The notes under the pieces were generated by a model, which worked only from the letters and a program-made list of their open reading frames with translations, ran no database searches and had not been told where the DNA came from. From positions 1 to 36,927 of the forward strand of contig CAZNHF010000002.1 in assembly GCA_964572375.1 (NCBI GenBank): a stretch of DNA of 36,927 nt, written 5' to 3'. Positions 7,971-16,423 of the stretch are shown piece after piece. Numbering within the stretch: position 1 is the stretch's first letter; every line of letters starts with the position of its first letter. This DNA is from an uncultured bacterium. Its GTDB lineage: Bacteria; Joyebacterota; Joyebacteria; Joyebacterales; Joyebacteraceae. The position numbers and the translations under genes were made by a program.

Positions 7971-8936
7971 TCATTCATTGGGCTCCAGGTTCGTCCCCGC
8001 GATCGGCGACACCTCCCCCATGAACTCCTGAACCCACCCGTTCGTGAGGCCTGCCTCATCGTGGGCGCTGAAGGCGGCGTCCCACTCGGTCGCGGTGAGC
8101 CTGCGCCCGATGCGGGGATGCTCGCAGGCGCGATGCGTCGGGTAGTACTGGGACATGAGGCTTACGAACGTGTCTGCGCCAAGCTCCCGTGCGACGAACG
8201 CGAGACTCTCCCGGGTCCCGGAAACGCCGTCCGGCAGGACGAGGTGGCGCACGATGAGGCCTCCGATGGCGACGCCCGCTTCGTCCATCCTCAGAACCCC
8301 GACCTGGCGCCGCATCTCGCGGAGCGCCGCACGCGACACGGTCGCGTAGTCACCGGCATCCGAGAGTTCTGCGGCCACTGCGTCGTCAGCGTAGCGGACG
8401 TCGGCCAGGTAGACGTCGACCACGCCATCCAGAAGCGCCAGCGTATCCGGGGTCTCGTAGCTCGAGGTGTTCCAGACCAGAGGAACGCTCAAGCCCTCCC
8501 CGACCGCCGTTTCGAGAGCCAACAGAATAGCCGCGGTGTGGTGTGTGGGTGTGACGATGTTGATGTTGTGGCAGCCGGCGGTCTGAAGATCGAGCATCAT
8601 CCCCGCCAGCTCGGCGACGGTCCGCTCGGCACCCTCGCCCCCCTGGCTGAACCGCGCGTTCTGACAGTAGACGCACGACAGCGTGCAGCCGCTCATGAAG
8701 ATGGTACCCGAGCCGTGGGTGCCTGAGATCGGCGGCTCCTCACCCGTGTGCGCCATGTGGCTGTAAACGGTCGGCAGGTCGCCGGTGCGGCAGTACCCGC
8801 GTTCGCCGGCCATCCTGTCAGTCCCGCACGCGCGCGGGCAGAGCGTGCACGCGCGGAGACTCTCCGTCGCCCGCTCGGCGCGGCGCTTGAGCTCACCCGA
8901 GTGGGCGAGCTCGACGTATCCGGACATGGATTCCAT
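7971..8936 (-). CDS. Radical SAM protein, PflX-like (homolog of pyruvate formate-lyase activating enzymes)
   Basis: The 321-aa ORF has the CxxxCxxC cluster CTLSCVYCQN. It also has an N-terminal extra Cys motif, LRACTLCPRACGTDRMAGERGYCRTG. Its start is 6 nt after the stop of the upstream rlmI-like gene. Confidence 0.85.
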   Translation of the reverse strand: MESMSGYVELAHSGELKRRAERATESLRACTLCPRACGTDRMAGERGYCRTGDLPTVYSHMAHTGEEPPISGTHGSGTIFMSGCTLSCVYCQNARFSQGGEGAERTVAELAGMMLDLQTAGCHNINIVTPTHHTAAILLALETAVGEGLSVPLVWNTSSYETPDTLALLDGVVDVYLADVRYADDAVAAELSDAGDYATVSRAALREMRRQVGVLRMDEAGVAIGGLIVRHLVLPDGVSGTRESLAFVARELGADTFVSLMSQYYPTHRACEHPRIGRRLTATEWDAAFSAHDEAGLTNGWVQEFMGEVSPIAGTNLEPNE

Positions 8937-8942
8937 CAGAAC

Positions 8943-10202
8943 CTACAGAAGCTCCAGCACGACGCAGGTGAGATAGCGGGTCTCGGGGTGACCGAGGACG
9001 ACGGGATGGTCCCGGCTCTGGCCGCGGACCTCGATGACCCTCGCGTGGCGGTCGGCCTCGCGCGCGGCCCCGACGAGCGCGTTCATGAACGCCTCCTGCT
9101 CCACTAGATGCGAACAGGTGCAGGTCACGAGGTAGCCGCCGGGAGCGACGACGTTCATCGCGAGTCGGTTGAGACCACGGTAGGCCTTGAGCGCCTCCCG
9201 GATCCGCTTGCGGTTCTTCGCGAACGCCGGCGGGTCGAGGATGACGAGCCCGAACTTCTTCGTCCCCCTGCCAATGGCGGCCAGCCGCTTGAACATGTCA
9301 CCGTCGATGAACTGAGTGGAGTCAGTGAATCCGTTGAGCGCGGCGTTTCTCTCTGCAAGCCTGATCGCGGGCTTCGACGAATCAATGCCGGAGACCGAGG
9401 TCGCACCGGCCGAGGCGGCGGTCACCGACCATGCGCCCGTGTAGCAGCAGCAGTCGAGTACGTCACGCCCCTTAGCAAACTCGCGCGTCCGAAGCCGGTT
9501 CTCGCGCTGGTCGAGAAAGAACCCTGTCTTCTGTCCGTCGAGCACGTCGACGAGGAACTTCAGACCGTCCTGCTCAATTTCGACCGGATCATCCGCGTTT
9601 CCAAGAACGACGCGCTTCTCGATCGGCAGCCCCTCGAAGTGTCGCATGCGCGAGTCGTTCCGAAGGACGATCGTCTTCGGCTCCAGCAGCTCCTCGAGGA
9701 GAGCAAGAATGTCATCAAGACGCCGCTCGATCCCGGCGGTCAGCGACTGGACTGAGAGCGTGTCGCCGTAGCGATCGACGATGAGCCCGGGGAGCAGGTC
9801 GGACTCTCCATAGATGAGACGGCCGACGGTCTCCCCCGGATAGAGCCGCTCACGATACTGGAGCGCATGTCGGATGCGGCGACCGAGGAAGCTCTTCGTG
9901 AGCTCGAGCCGGCGGCGAGCAAGCAGGCGCACGGAGATGAGCGAGTTCGGGTTCATGTAGCCCGTGCCGATGACCCGCTTGGCCGCGTCGACGACGATGA
10001 CACTGTCACCGGAGGTGACAGCTCCGTCCACCGAATCGATCTCGTTGCTGAAGACCCACAGGTGTCCCGAGCGCAGGCGCTTCTCTCCGCCCTTCTTCAG
10101 ATAGACCGTTATCGCAGGCTCGTTCACTCGCTCCCTCCCCTTCGCCGGACCCGAAACCCCGAAAAACCCCTTAGAACCAGGCATGCGGTACGCGATATGC
10201 AA
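8943..10202 (-). CDS. rlmI: Class I SAM-dependent rRNA (cytosine-C5) methyltransferase with a PUA domain, RlmI-like
   Basis: Motifs: LKKGGEKRLRSGHLWVFSNEI, YGESDLLPGLIVDRYGD, DGQKTGFFLDQRENR, VLDCCCYTGAWSV and ILDPPAFAK. The likely true start is the GTG at 10127, preceded by GGAGGGAG, rather than the longest ORF start at 10202. Confidence 0.85.
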   Translation of the reverse strand: MHIAYRMPGSKGFFGVSGPAKGRERVNEPAITVYLKKGGEKRLRSGHLWVFSNEIDSVDGAVTSGDSVIVVDAAKRVIGTGYMNPNSLISVRLLARRRLELTKSFLGRRIRHALQYRERLYPGETVGRLIYGESDLLPGLIVDRYGDTLSVQSLTAGIERRLDDILALLEELLEPKTIVLRNDSRMRHFEGLPIEKRVVLGNADDPVEIEQDGLKFLVDVLDGQKTGFFLDQRENRLRTREFAKGRDVLDCCCYTGAWSVTAASAGATSVSGIDSSKPAIRLAERNAALNGFTDSTQFIDGDMFKRLAAIGRGTKKFGLVILDPPAFAKNRKRIREALKAYRGLNRLAMNVVAPGGYLVTCTCSHLVEQEAFMNALVGAAREADRHARVIEVRGQSRDHPVVLGHPETRYLTCVVLELL

Positions 10203-10353
10203 CTACCAGGACGACAGTAACAGATACCACCCTGCGGAGGGGATAGCAACCGGGAACCGAGTCGGAAGCGCCAGAGAACAGGGGCTTTGCCGACGTCCCG
10301 GCATTGCCCTCCTTATGAACAGCCACACGACTTCCTGCCACAGGAGACGGAAT

Positions 10354-11070
10354 ATGCAGAAGACAGCGCTGATTGCCCTCATGATCCTCATCGTCATAGC
10401 CACCCCGCTCGCGGCGCGTGAATCGGTCATGAAGTTCGATCCCATGACAACGAATCGGCTCAACACATTCTCACTTGTCGACCGCGACCCGGGTGATCTC
10501 TGTGAGGTGTGCAACAACAGCTACTACTGGACCGTCGAGGGCTGGCTCGTCGGACACGAGTCGTACAGCAACTACTGTGACCCGACCGGCTGCCCGTGCT
10601 GCGACGCCGGGTGGAAGCCGATCAGCGTCACCATCTATCTTTACTGGGCGGAGGAGAACACGTGCCAGTTGACACTCTCGGCCGATATCGAGAGCGTCGA
10701 TCTGAGCGATCCCGAGTGCCCGCGGCCGGGCGCGGTGATCGCCGCGTCAGGTCCGGTCGTCGTGGGACCTTTCAGCCCCGCCGGGCTCTGGGCCATCACG
10801 ATACCGATCCCGATCGACTGCCCGATCATCGACGAGCCGTTCTTCGCATCGGTCTCGTTCGATGACAACTGCGAGGTCATGCCATCGCTCGTCACCGATG
10901 AGGGGCCGTGCGAGCCATGCTTGAGCTGGAACGATTGGGGAACCGGGCACCAGGACCTGTGCGACTTCGGGTTCCCAGGAAATCTCAGCATTTACACGAC
11001 GCTCGAATGTCAGGGGCCGAGCCCGGTCGAGCGCGCGACATGGACGCTCATCAAGAGCATGTATCGGTAG
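10354..11070 (+). CDS. Secreted Cys-rich protein of unknown function ending in ATWTLIKSMYR
   Basis: The ATG at 10354 is preceded by AGGAGA at 10342-10347. The signal peptide is MQKTALIALMILIVIATPLAA, and there are many Cys residues (CEVCNN, CDPTGCPCCDAGW, CEPC). The track ORF beginning at 10183 adds an implausible Arg-rich leader. Confidence 0.75.
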   Translation: MQKTALIALMILIVIATPLAARESVMKFDPMTTNRLNTFSLVDRDPGDLCEVCNNSYYWTVEGWLVGHESYSNYCDPTGCPCCDAGWKPISVTIYLYWAEENTCQLTLSADIESVDLSDPECPRPGAVIAASGPVVVGPFSPAGLWAITIPIPIDCPIIDEPFFASVSFDDNCEVMPSLVTDEGPCEPCLSWNDWGTGHQDLCDFGFPGNLSIYTTLECQGPSPVERATWTLIKSMYR

Positions 11071-11108
11071 CCGGCGACAGGACGCTCATCAAGAGCATGT
11101 ATCGGTAG
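11035..11108. repeat. Near-perfect tandem duplication of the last codons plus stop codon of the 10354-11070 gene
   Basis: ggacgctcatcaagagcatgtatcggtag occurs at 11042-11070 and again at 11080-11108, a 29-nt identity. With a 1-nt indel (t at 11041), the similarity extends upstream to gcgaca. Confidence 0.9.
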
Positions 11109-11234
11109 GATGAACAAACGGCGGGAGCTGTCTCTCCGGAGGCGACCCTGCTCACACGATGACGACCGAATCGGGTGCAGCCGTGGCGCAACGGCAACGC
11201 CCGGGCCAATCCCCCAAGATGGCCGGTCTGAAGG

Positions 11235-11268
11235 AAGAGAGGCAGGTCGCGTTCGACCTGCCTCTCTT
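11235..11268. terminator. Strong hairpin between convergent genes, probably a bidirectional intrinsic terminator
   Basis: AAGAGAGGCAGGTCG (11235-11249), loop cgtt, CGACCTGCCTCTCTT (11254-11268). This is a perfect 15-bp stem. TGCGTTCGTT follows on the plus strand. The hairpin lies 31 nt beyond the stop of the minus-strand gene at 11299. Confidence 0.7.
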
Positions 11269-11298
11269 TGCGTTCGTTCCCCGTACGACCGTGGCCTG

Positions 11299-12771
11299 CT
11301 ACCGATGCAGCACGAACGACAACCGTCCCTCCGACGAGACGATGATGCCATCCTGCGCCTCTATCTCAAGCCCCATCGCCGTGACGGACAGCGGCCCGGT
11401 CAACTGGTTGATACCGGGCAACGGGGTGAAAGGGATCCCGCCGACCTTGATCTCGTATGTCTCCGGCGCCTCAAGAATGAGCTGGTGGAAGTCGAACTCG
11501 TCCTCGCCAAGCACGACGGCCGTCCGCCTGCCGATCACGTGGATGTGCGTCCCGCCCGAGAACTCGATCTTGATGATGCGCTTGTGAACCTCCCGGTGCG
11601 AATCGACCTTCGCGATCTGCCCGCGGTCGTAGCTCACCCTTGTGCTCGCGAGCCGATCGGTGCTGATCAGGAAGAGCGGCGCGGTGCCGTGGGTGATCTC
11701 ATCGAACAGCTTCTCCGGCCCGGATTTCGTCGCTTCGATGAACGTCCTCGCCTCCGCCTCGCGCTCCTCGAAGCCGTACCGCGCGAGAAGTGGCGTTACG
11801 TCCGGACGACCACCCATGTACTCCGTCCACAAGAGCGCGTACGGATCGATGCAGCGGTCCACGACCTGCTCGCGCCAATCGGCAACCACTGCATCCATGA
11901 GATAGCAGATGGCAGCCCCCATGCACGCGAACCGCTCGTCTCGATACCAGTCCAGACCGGTCGGTTTGCACAGCCAGCTCTTCAGGCAGAATGTATCCTT
12001 CACCGACGGAGTGAGCAGACTCTCGTCCGCAGGGTCGATGTAGCTTGCGGCCAGTTCTCTGGCGCGGAACCGCACGTAGGCAGACATCCCCTCGCGGTAC
12101 TCGCGGGCCCGCTCGCGGTTGACAAAGCCGCCGGTCATCCCCGCCCTGCGATACCCACGCACACAGATGAAGTCGCGTACGAGCGACTCGACCGAGTCCG
12201 GGTGCGCTGAGATAGCGGCAAGCGCTATCACACGCTCGATGTCGGCCAGAGCGATGTCACGAGGCTGAGACGGGGCGCCGACGAGCGGGTCGTCCGGCGC
12301 TCCCAGCTCGGGACAGACTGAATGGAGATGCGCCTTGAATGCAGCCTCGAACGCGGCCGGCACGACGCAGGTCGACATCCGGTCGGTCACGATGAACGCG
12401 GCCGGCTCTCCCCCGACCGTGCCGTCCCGCTGGGAGACACCATCACTGTCGAGCGCTACGACGTGGACGTCGAATCCGGACCGACGTTCACCGCCAGCAT
12501 CGAGACGCACGCGCTCGTAGCCGCCGAACTGCGGAGCATCGCCCAACAGCCAGTAGTCCGCCTCGTCGACAAGCACGAACGGTGTGCTCGAGATGGTCCA
12601 TCCGGGCCAGAGTTCGGTACTGAGTCGGTCGAGATCAAGTGAGGAGTGAAGTTGAGCGAGGCATCGGGATGCGTCGAAGCGGGGCGCTTCTGCGCATACA
12701 CCGGGCGGCGTCATCACGAGGATGGCCGCCACGGCGAGCAGTGCGCACGTGCGCTCTCGCTCCCGCGTCAT
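11299..12771 (-). CDS. Secreted protein of unknown function
   Basis: The 490-aa ORF has a signal peptide (CALLAVAAILVMTPPGVCAEA). The composition looks coding and I recognised no family motif. An EGMSAY segment is faintly reminiscent of MA-clan peptidase third-ligand regions, but no HExxH is present. Confidence 0.7.
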   Translation of the reverse strand: MTRERERTCALLAVAAILVMTPPGVCAEAPRFDASRCLAQLHSSLDLDRLSTELWPGWTISSTPFVLVDEADYWLLGDAPQFGGYERVRLDAGGERRSGFDVHVVALDSDGVSQRDGTVGGEPAAFIVTDRMSTCVVPAAFEAAFKAHLHSVCPELGAPDDPLVGAPSQPRDIALADIERVIALAAISAHPDSVESLVRDFICVRGYRRAGMTGGFVNRERAREYREGMSAYVRFRARELAASYIDPADESLLTPSVKDTFCLKSWLCKPTGLDWYRDERFACMGAAICYLMDAVVADWREQVVDRCIDPYALLWTEYMGGRPDVTPLLARYGFEEREAEARTFIEATKSGPEKLFDEITHGTAPLFLISTDRLASTRVSYDRGQIAKVDSHREVHKRIIKIEFSGGTHIHVIGRRTAVVLGEDEFDFHQLILEAPETYEIKVGGIPFTPLPGINQLTGPLSVTAMGLEIEAQDGIIVSSEGRLSFVLHR

Positions 12772-12906
12772 TCCAGCATCCCCCGGCGCAGACCTGCGCC
12801 AGTTCTCAGTCTATGACTTCTTGTTGGTCACATCAAGCCCGGCATGCCTGACGCTCGCACACTCTTTGACAACAGAAGTCGCGATGAGGTTCCAGTCAAT
12901 ATGGCC

Positions 12907-12946
12907 AAAAAACAGCGACCGGGGCCCAATCTCGGGCCCCGGCGCT
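12907..12946 (-). terminator. Rho-independent terminator downstream of the PDZ/retropepsin protease gene
   Basis: The stem is CCGGGGCCC/GGGCCCCGG (12919-12942, 6-nt loop). It is extended by AGCG/CGCT with one bulge. On the minus strand GTTTTTT follows immediately (plus-strand A-run at 12907-12912). Confidence 0.75.
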
Positions 12947-13039
12947 TTCGCCAGCCGCTCTGCGCAGGCCTCCGTACGGTGCGCGGACCGCACGGCAGCC
13001 GATGATGAGTGAATAGGCCTTGCGGCCCGGGGGGAGTCC

Positions 13040-14992
13040 TCACTCCAGAAGCTTGGCCAGCTCAACTGTGATCTGTTCCGTCTGCCCGCCACGAATCACC
13101 TCGAACTCGTATAGTGTTCCGGGATCGCGCCGCAGGAGCTCGCGGATGGCGGAGAGGCCCGCAAAATACTCCGCCGGGATGCCGTTGATCGATGCGATAA
13201 CGTCACCGTCCGCAAGTCCTGCAGCGTCTGCCGGTGTTCCGGCAGCCACGTGGAGCACTTCAACCACACCGGGTTCACCCCACCATATCTGGAGACCGGA
13301 GCGGTCCAGCGGCACGTGTTTCTCGAAGTCCTCCCCGCGTTCGAAGATGACCTCCTGTCGCGCATAGTCGAGGTAGAGCACGAAGCGCCGGAACAGGGAG
13401 TTGCCCAGGTTTCCCGAGATCTCGGTCGAACCGAACGCACCGACGAGATCACCCTTAGGGATACTGATCACCGGATGCTCGATGACGAACCCGCCGACCT
13501 CAATCGAACCGAACAGATCCGCCTGCCGCGCCATCCTTCCGCCGGCGCCAAAGCCCACGCGGTCGATGCCCTCACGCTCGAGGTATCCGCGCTCGGCGGC
13601 AAACGGGTAGTGGAACGACTCACCGCTCGCGCCAAGATCGACGGTCCACCGCCCGGCGGACTCGCCGTCGACGCTCACCGGGACGGTGAACGTGTCGCCG
13701 ACAAGCGATGCGTCGACGCGAGTCCCGTCACCGGCGTACTCGAAGTACTCCGGGTCGTAGAAGGTCAGTTCCTCGCGCGCATAGTCGACGCGCGTGACGA
13801 ACCGCGAGAGGAAGTCGTAGCCGAGAATGCCGGATATATCGAGGTCGCTCGTCTTCTCAAAGAGCGGCGCGATGTCGAGGCTCACGCACTTCTGCGAGGC
13901 GAACTCGATGCCACCCACGCGGTAGCCGGGAAGCTCGACAAACGAAACCGTCACAGTGCTGCCCGCACCGATCCCCTCCATCTCGCCCACCATCTCCAGC
14001 CCGAGCTCGTTCGCGAATCGTTCATCGATACACGTCGCGCTCGCGCCGGAATCGAGGATCCATAGCCCTGTGCTGCCTTCCATCTCGACGACGACATAGA
14101 TGTGGTTCTCGTGAAAGCGCATCGGGACGATCTCAAAAGGACCACCCGATGCGAAGCGGAAGTCACGGACATCGTCAGTCGGAGGTGCGAAAAGAGCCGG
14201 GTCGAACACCGGCGCGACCTCGATCTCCGTCACCGTGAACGTCTGTGTCTGCCCGGGCGGCTCGATGAGGGTCTCCTGCGAGAACGGATAGGTAACACCA
14301 CCCACATCCCGGAAGTCACTGAAGTGCGTGGTCGAAACCACGTCGGGTGTGGTGGTGCGGCGACGGCGCTCCATGAGCGTCCCGACGTCGATACTCGTTT
14401 CAAAGACATCATCGTTGAGCGAGTTCGTGATGCGAATGATGTAGCACGCGGCGCCATCGACATCACCCTGACCCACGTACTCGGCCGAGAACACGTCCGA
14501 GTTCCGATCGAACGGCTCGTAGCCGGCGATGCGAGCCTCGACCTCGCGGCGGACGAGCGCGTTCTCGTCCTGAACGATCTGCACCTTCCCATTAGCATCA
14601 CGCTGCCACACGGTGACCCCGTCGTCGCCGCTTGTCTCCGCAAAGACGACGAGATCGACCTCCTGGCGCTGCATGCGCCCGGATCCCTGCCACGTCTCAA
14701 CGGTGCCGGTGAGACCAGCGACCGTGAGCGTGCCCTTCATGCGAACCGACTCGCGCGCGGTCAGCCGGTCCATCCCGCCGAGCGCATCCGCGTGCTGCTC
14801 GAGAATCGAATGCGGATCGACGCCATCAGCGCGTGAGGATACGACGAGCGCAACGAGGAGGAACAGGGCCGTCAGTCCGACCAGCAGCGCCAGCCGCCGG
14901 GCGTGCTCGCGTACCGGCGCTCGTCGCGCCTCCACGCTCGCCGATCCGCAGTAGATGTCGTCCGGATGTGGTCGGTGGTGGTGCCTTGCCAT
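13040..14992 (-). CDS. Membrane-anchored protease with two retropepsin-like aspartyl protease domains and a C-terminal PDZ domain
   Basis: The 650-aa ORF has an N-terminal TM anchor (LALLVGLTALFLLVALVVSS). The first aspartic motif is LWILDSGASATCID and the second is WTVDLGASGESFHY. The PDZ-like C-terminus reads VAAGTPADAAGLADGDVIASINGIP. Confidence 0.8.
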   Translation of the reverse strand: MARHHHRPHPDDIYCGSASVEARRAPVREHARRLALLVGLTALFLLVALVVSSRADGVDPHSILEQHADALGGMDRLTARESVRMKGTLTVAGLTGTVETWQGSGRMQRQEVDLVVFAETSGDDGVTVWQRDANGKVQIVQDENALVRREVEARIAGYEPFDRNSDVFSAEYVGQGDVDGAACYIIRITNSLNDDVFETSIDVGTLMERRRRTTTPDVVSTTHFSDFRDVGGVTYPFSQETLIEPPGQTQTFTVTEIEVAPVFDPALFAPPTDDVRDFRFASGGPFEIVPMRFHENHIYVVVEMEGSTGLWILDSGASATCIDERFANELGLEMVGEMEGIGAGSTVTVSFVELPGYRVGGIEFASQKCVSLDIAPLFEKTSDLDISGILGYDFLSRFVTRVDYAREELTFYDPEYFEYAGDGTRVDASLVGDTFTVPVSVDGESAGRWTVDLGASGESFHYPFAAERGYLEREGIDRVGFGAGGRMARQADLFGSIEVGGFVIEHPVISIPKGDLVGAFGSTEISGNLGNSLFRRFVLYLDYARQEVIFERGEDFEKHVPLDRSGLQIWWGEPGVVEVLHVAAGTPADAAGLADGDVIASINGIPAEYFAGLSAIRELLRRDPGTLYEFEVIRGGQTEQITVELAKLLE

Positions 14993-15061
14993 CGTGTCTC
15001 CTCATCCCTCGAAGGTCAGCGTCGTTCAGACGCGAAGCACATCACTGCCGGAGTGCCGCCG

Positions 15062-16423
15062 CTATGAACCCGCTCGCTGGGATCTGAATCGTGCCGCTGC
15101 CCGCGGCCCGGGGTGTGTCTGCGTAATGGTGCGAACGAAGTAGACGGCGTCGTAGGCGTCGCCGGGAACACACACCACGTCAACACCCTGTCCGCGCATC
15201 CGCCGCTCGCGCCCCAGCCATCTCGCCGCCGGACTCCCCTGGGGAGCCGAGCGGAGATCGAGAAGCATGAACTCCTCTCCCGACTGTGCGAGCGCGCCGC
15301 CGAAATACATCGTGTCGGTCGGCGCCACGCTCCTCGGGTCGACGCCTGCCTCCTCGGCGTACTCGCCCTGAAGATAGGTCCCGGCGATAGAGACGAGATC
15401 GTCGCCCAGACGGTCGCTCAGGTGATAGATCATGTCGACGAGCGTGCCGTCGAATGCGTCAGGCATCGTGAAGGGCGCTCGCGAGATGTGTGCGTTGTGC
15501 GCCCAGACGACGGCCTTCCGTCCGGGAAGCTGATCGTCGAGGATCCAGGTCAGGTTGTCCGCCATCGCGAGGTCGCGGATAACGCCGCCCTCTTCCCGCG
15601 ACTGCGAGCAGTAGAGGTCGTGCGCGGCCTGACCGATGTACACCTGACGTATCGCCCAGTCGAACTCCTCCGCGGAGGAGCGCCGCACGAGTTCGCTCCG
15701 TCGCGCCGCCATGTACACGGCCAGGTTCTCGTAGGCCTGCCCGATGGCCTCACGGCGCGCGTCCGTCACCGCCGCATAGCGCTCGAACGTGACCCACCAG
15801 TCTCCCTCCGCGTAGAGCGAGAGACCGAGCGAACCGGTTTCGAAGCGATCGTGGAAACCCGGATCGTTGCTCTCCATGTAGGCGAGCGCATTGACGAGTC
15901 CAAGCCTCGGCGCGGTGCAGTCGAGACCGTAGAAGCGAAGCTTCGGCTCGTGTGACGGATCGTCATTGTACGCCCGCACCCACTCCACAAGTTCCAGGAT
16001 CTCCTGCGTGTCCCACGCGAACCAGTTGGAGAGCCCTCCGAGGATGGCGGCGGGGTCACCGTCGCCTCCACGGATGTACTCGTCCACGGCCTGCGCCTGC
16101 GCCATGCCCTCCTCAAGAACGATGATCGAGAATCCCATCTCCTCAACGAGGTATCTGACCATGCGGTGCTTGAACTGGAACTGCTCGCTCGCATCGTGCC
16201 GGCTCTCACCGAGACACACTACGCGCGCGTCGCCGACGATACCCCGAAGCGGAGCAAGATCGTCTGTGTCGGCGTCGGGATCGACCGACGTGATGGGAAA
16301 ACCGTGGGAGGCGACCCAATCCGCGAAATCAGGACCGGGGCTTCCGACCGACAGATCCCAACCGACGCCGAGCGTAACGGCGACCAGCAGTGTCAGCAGG
16401 CAGAGAGCCCTGCGCTTCTTCAT
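15062..16423 (-). CDS. Secreted erythromycin esterase family (Ere/ChaN-like) protein
   Basis: The 453-aa ORF has a signal peptide (MKKRRALCLLTLLVAVTLG). Motifs: VVCLGESRHDASEQFQFKHRMVRYLVEEMGFSIIVLEEG and VVWAHNAHISR. AAGGAG lies upstream of the ATG, and the start overlaps the PP2C stop as ATGA (16420-16423). Confidence 0.8.
   Translation of the reverse strand: MKKRRALCLLTLLVAVTLGVGWDLSVGSPGPDFADWVASHGFPITSVDPDADTDDLAPLRGIVGDARVVCLGESRHDASEQFQFKHRMVRYLVEEMGFSIIVLEEGMAQAQAVDEYIRGGDGDPAAILGGLSNWFAWDTQEILELVEWVRAYNDDPSHEPKLRFYGLDCTAPRLGLVNALAYMESNDPGFHDRFETGSLGLSLYAEGDWWVTFERYAAVTDARREAIGQAYENLAVYMAARRSELVRRSSAEEFDWAIRQVYIGQAAHDLYCSQSREEGGVIRDLAMADNLTWILDDQLPGRKAVVWAHNAHISRAPFTMPDAFDGTLVDMIYHLSDRLGDDLVSIAGTYLQGEYAEEAGVDPRSVAPTDTMYFGGALAQSGEEFMLLDLRSAPQGSPAARWLGRERRMRGQGVDVVCVPGDAYDAVYFVRTITQTHPGPRAAARFRSQRAGS

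Noticed and set aside
10183-10353. N-terminal extensions implied by longest-ORF starts (10183 for the Cys-rich protein, and likewise 19255, 34488, 30070, 31353, 10202 and 26979)
   Set aside because: The extensions are Arg/Gly/Pro-rich and lack upstream Shine-Dalgarno sequences. They would bury clear signal peptides or conserved N-termini. Internal starts with GGAGG-like sites fit better.
15062-16423. Calling the esterase-family gene an antibiotic resistance determinant (ereA/ereB)
   Set aside because: I can support only family-level motifs. The signal peptide and operon context argue against a canonical cytoplasmic macrolide esterase.
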